From Cirrosporium novae-zelandiae (lineage: Eukaryota), in assembly GCA_026023565.1 (NCBI GenBank), contig JAPETS010000011.1:1-64000 (forward strand): DNA of 64,000 nucleotides, in the 5' to 3' direction. Below are positions 62,819-64,000 of this stretch, piece after piece. The notes below the pieces were generated by a model. It saw only the letters and a list, made by a program, of their open reading frames with translations, did not search any database and was not told the DNA's origin. The position numbers and the translations under genes were made by a program. The number at the start of each line of letters is the position of its first letter. The stretch's first letter is position 1.

Positions 62819-64000
62819 CTACCCACACCCTCCACCTCCCCTCCCTTCCCCTTTCCCCCCCCTAACCCAAACCCAATCCCCCTCCTCTCCCCCATCCTCC
62901 CTCCGAACCCACCTAACCCTGTGCAACGGAATCCAGCCCTCCTCCTCAAACATGCCCACCCCCTTCCACTCCGCCATCGGAATCTCCAAAACTCGATCCT
63001 CGAACCGGTCTTCATAGCCAATGTAATATGCGTATGGGATTCCGGTTGAGGGGTTGTGCGTGTAGAGGGGGTCGTGGTGGAGGCGGGAGAGGATTTGATG
63101 GATTGGGGTTGTGGGGGGGAGGAGGGCAGGTTTAGATGGGGGGGTTAGGGTCGGGGTCGGGGTTGAGGGGGGGAGGAAGGTTGTTGGTGGGAGGGGGGGC
63201 AGGCTTGTTGGCGGTGGGAGGGGCCGTGTTGGGGTGATGGTCGTCGTGTGGCTGTTTAGTTGGGAGTTGGGGATTAGTGACAGGGAGATGTGGGTTGTGG
63301 ATGCCGTGGTGGTGGTGGTGGGCGTCGCTGTTGCGGTTGCGGTTGCGGTTTCGAGGGCCGAGGTGAGGAGGTTTGAGAGGGCTTGGTTGATCGTGCTGGT
63401 TTTGTGTTTGTGTTTTTGATTTTGTTTTTGTTTGTCGTTGGAGTGTTCCTGGGGTATTGCGTAGCCGCAGCCGACTAGGAAGAATGTGTTTTCTTCGTCG
63501 TTTGAGCCGTCATTGTCGTTGTTGTCGTCGTTGTCGTTGCTACTACTACTATTTTGTTTCTCGCATAACATCGCAGGCCAGATCCTAGGCTTCAGGACAG
63601 GGATACCATCATCGTTGCTTTTCCTTCCATCGATACTTTGGACAAACACAGCGCATGTCCTTTCAGCGATATCCACGAACCGTGCGAAATCGGGATTAGA
63701 GTTTGAATGCGTGCCGAAATACTGCGTGTGGATTTGGATGTAGGATGAATATGAGCCGAGGAATGTAGAGAGGGGGGTTGATGATGATGGAGAAGCGGGG
63801 GGATTGGGATCGGCGTTGGCTTTGGCTTCGGCTTCGGCTTGGATGGAGGAGAAGATTGCTTCGCTGCAGGAAAAGGGGATGGATGCGGCGAGGTTGAGGG
63901 ATGGAGCGCGGATTGATAGAACGGTTAGATTTGTCGGGTGAAGATTTGTGGGCGGTATTATTGATGGGTCTACAATAGGTTCGGTCTTCCAGGGGAATTT
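62819..64000 (-). CDS. 3' part of a protein with a C-terminal MJ1316 (DUF504) domain, probably of the fungal poly(A)-polymerase-like/MJ1316 fusion family; 5' end lies outside the window
   Basis: Frame is open from 64000 (KFPWKTEPIVDP..VLSIRAPSLNLA) to the stop at 62819. MJ1316-like motif ILSRLHHDP..YYIGYEDRF..EIPMAEW..WIPLHRVRW. Confidence 0.75.
   Translation of the reverse strand, partial: KFPWKTEPIVDPSIIPPTNLHPTNLTVLSIRAPSLNLAASIPFSCSEAIFSSIQAEAEAKANADPNPPASPSSSTPLSTFLGSYSSYIQIHTQYFGTHSNSNPDFARFVDIAERTCAVFVQSIDGRKSNDDGIPVLKPRIWPAMLCEKQNSSSSNDNDDNNDNDGSNDEENTFFLVGCGYAIPQEHSNDKQKQNQKHKHKTSTINQALSNLLTSALETATATATATPTTTTTASTTHISLSLIPNSQLNSHTTTITPTRPLPPPTSLPPLPPTTFLPPSTPTPTLTPPSKPALLPPTTPIHQILSRLHHDPLYTHNPSTGIPYAYYIGYEDRFEDRVLEIPMAEWKGVGMFEEEGWIPLHRVRWVRREDGGEEGDWVWVRGGKGEGRGGGGCG

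Overview
Intron-containing filamentous-ascomycete (Pezizomycotina-type) genomic DNA in three zones. (1) 1.2-9.8 kb: an oxidoreductase cluster of a flavin-binding monooxygenase, a divergent DszA/NtaA-type luciferase-like monooxygenase and an MDR/enoyl-reductase-like gene, with CYS-3/MetR-like boxes upstream. A conserved hypothetical gene and an intron-containing tRNA-Tyr(GTA) follow. (2) About 13.9-31.7 kb: an accessory island starting right after the tRNA. It holds an intact alpha/beta hydrolase, an intact HET-domain gene, a broken SesB-like/NACHT/ankyrin NLR, several pseudogenes with RIP-like transitions, nested inverted repeats and hAT-type MITEs. One ~620-bp element has long inverted ends that carry a palindromic site whose spacer is in direct orientation. 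(3) 34-64 kb: housekeeping genes (CLU1, an AAA-like P-loop ATPase, a Pro/Thr-rich protein, ADP/ATP carrier, KRI1, SIP3/LAM1-like, the 3' end of an MJ1316-domain gene) separated by low-complexity spacers with decayed tandem repeats. All family calls come from motif recognition by eye; no searches were run.
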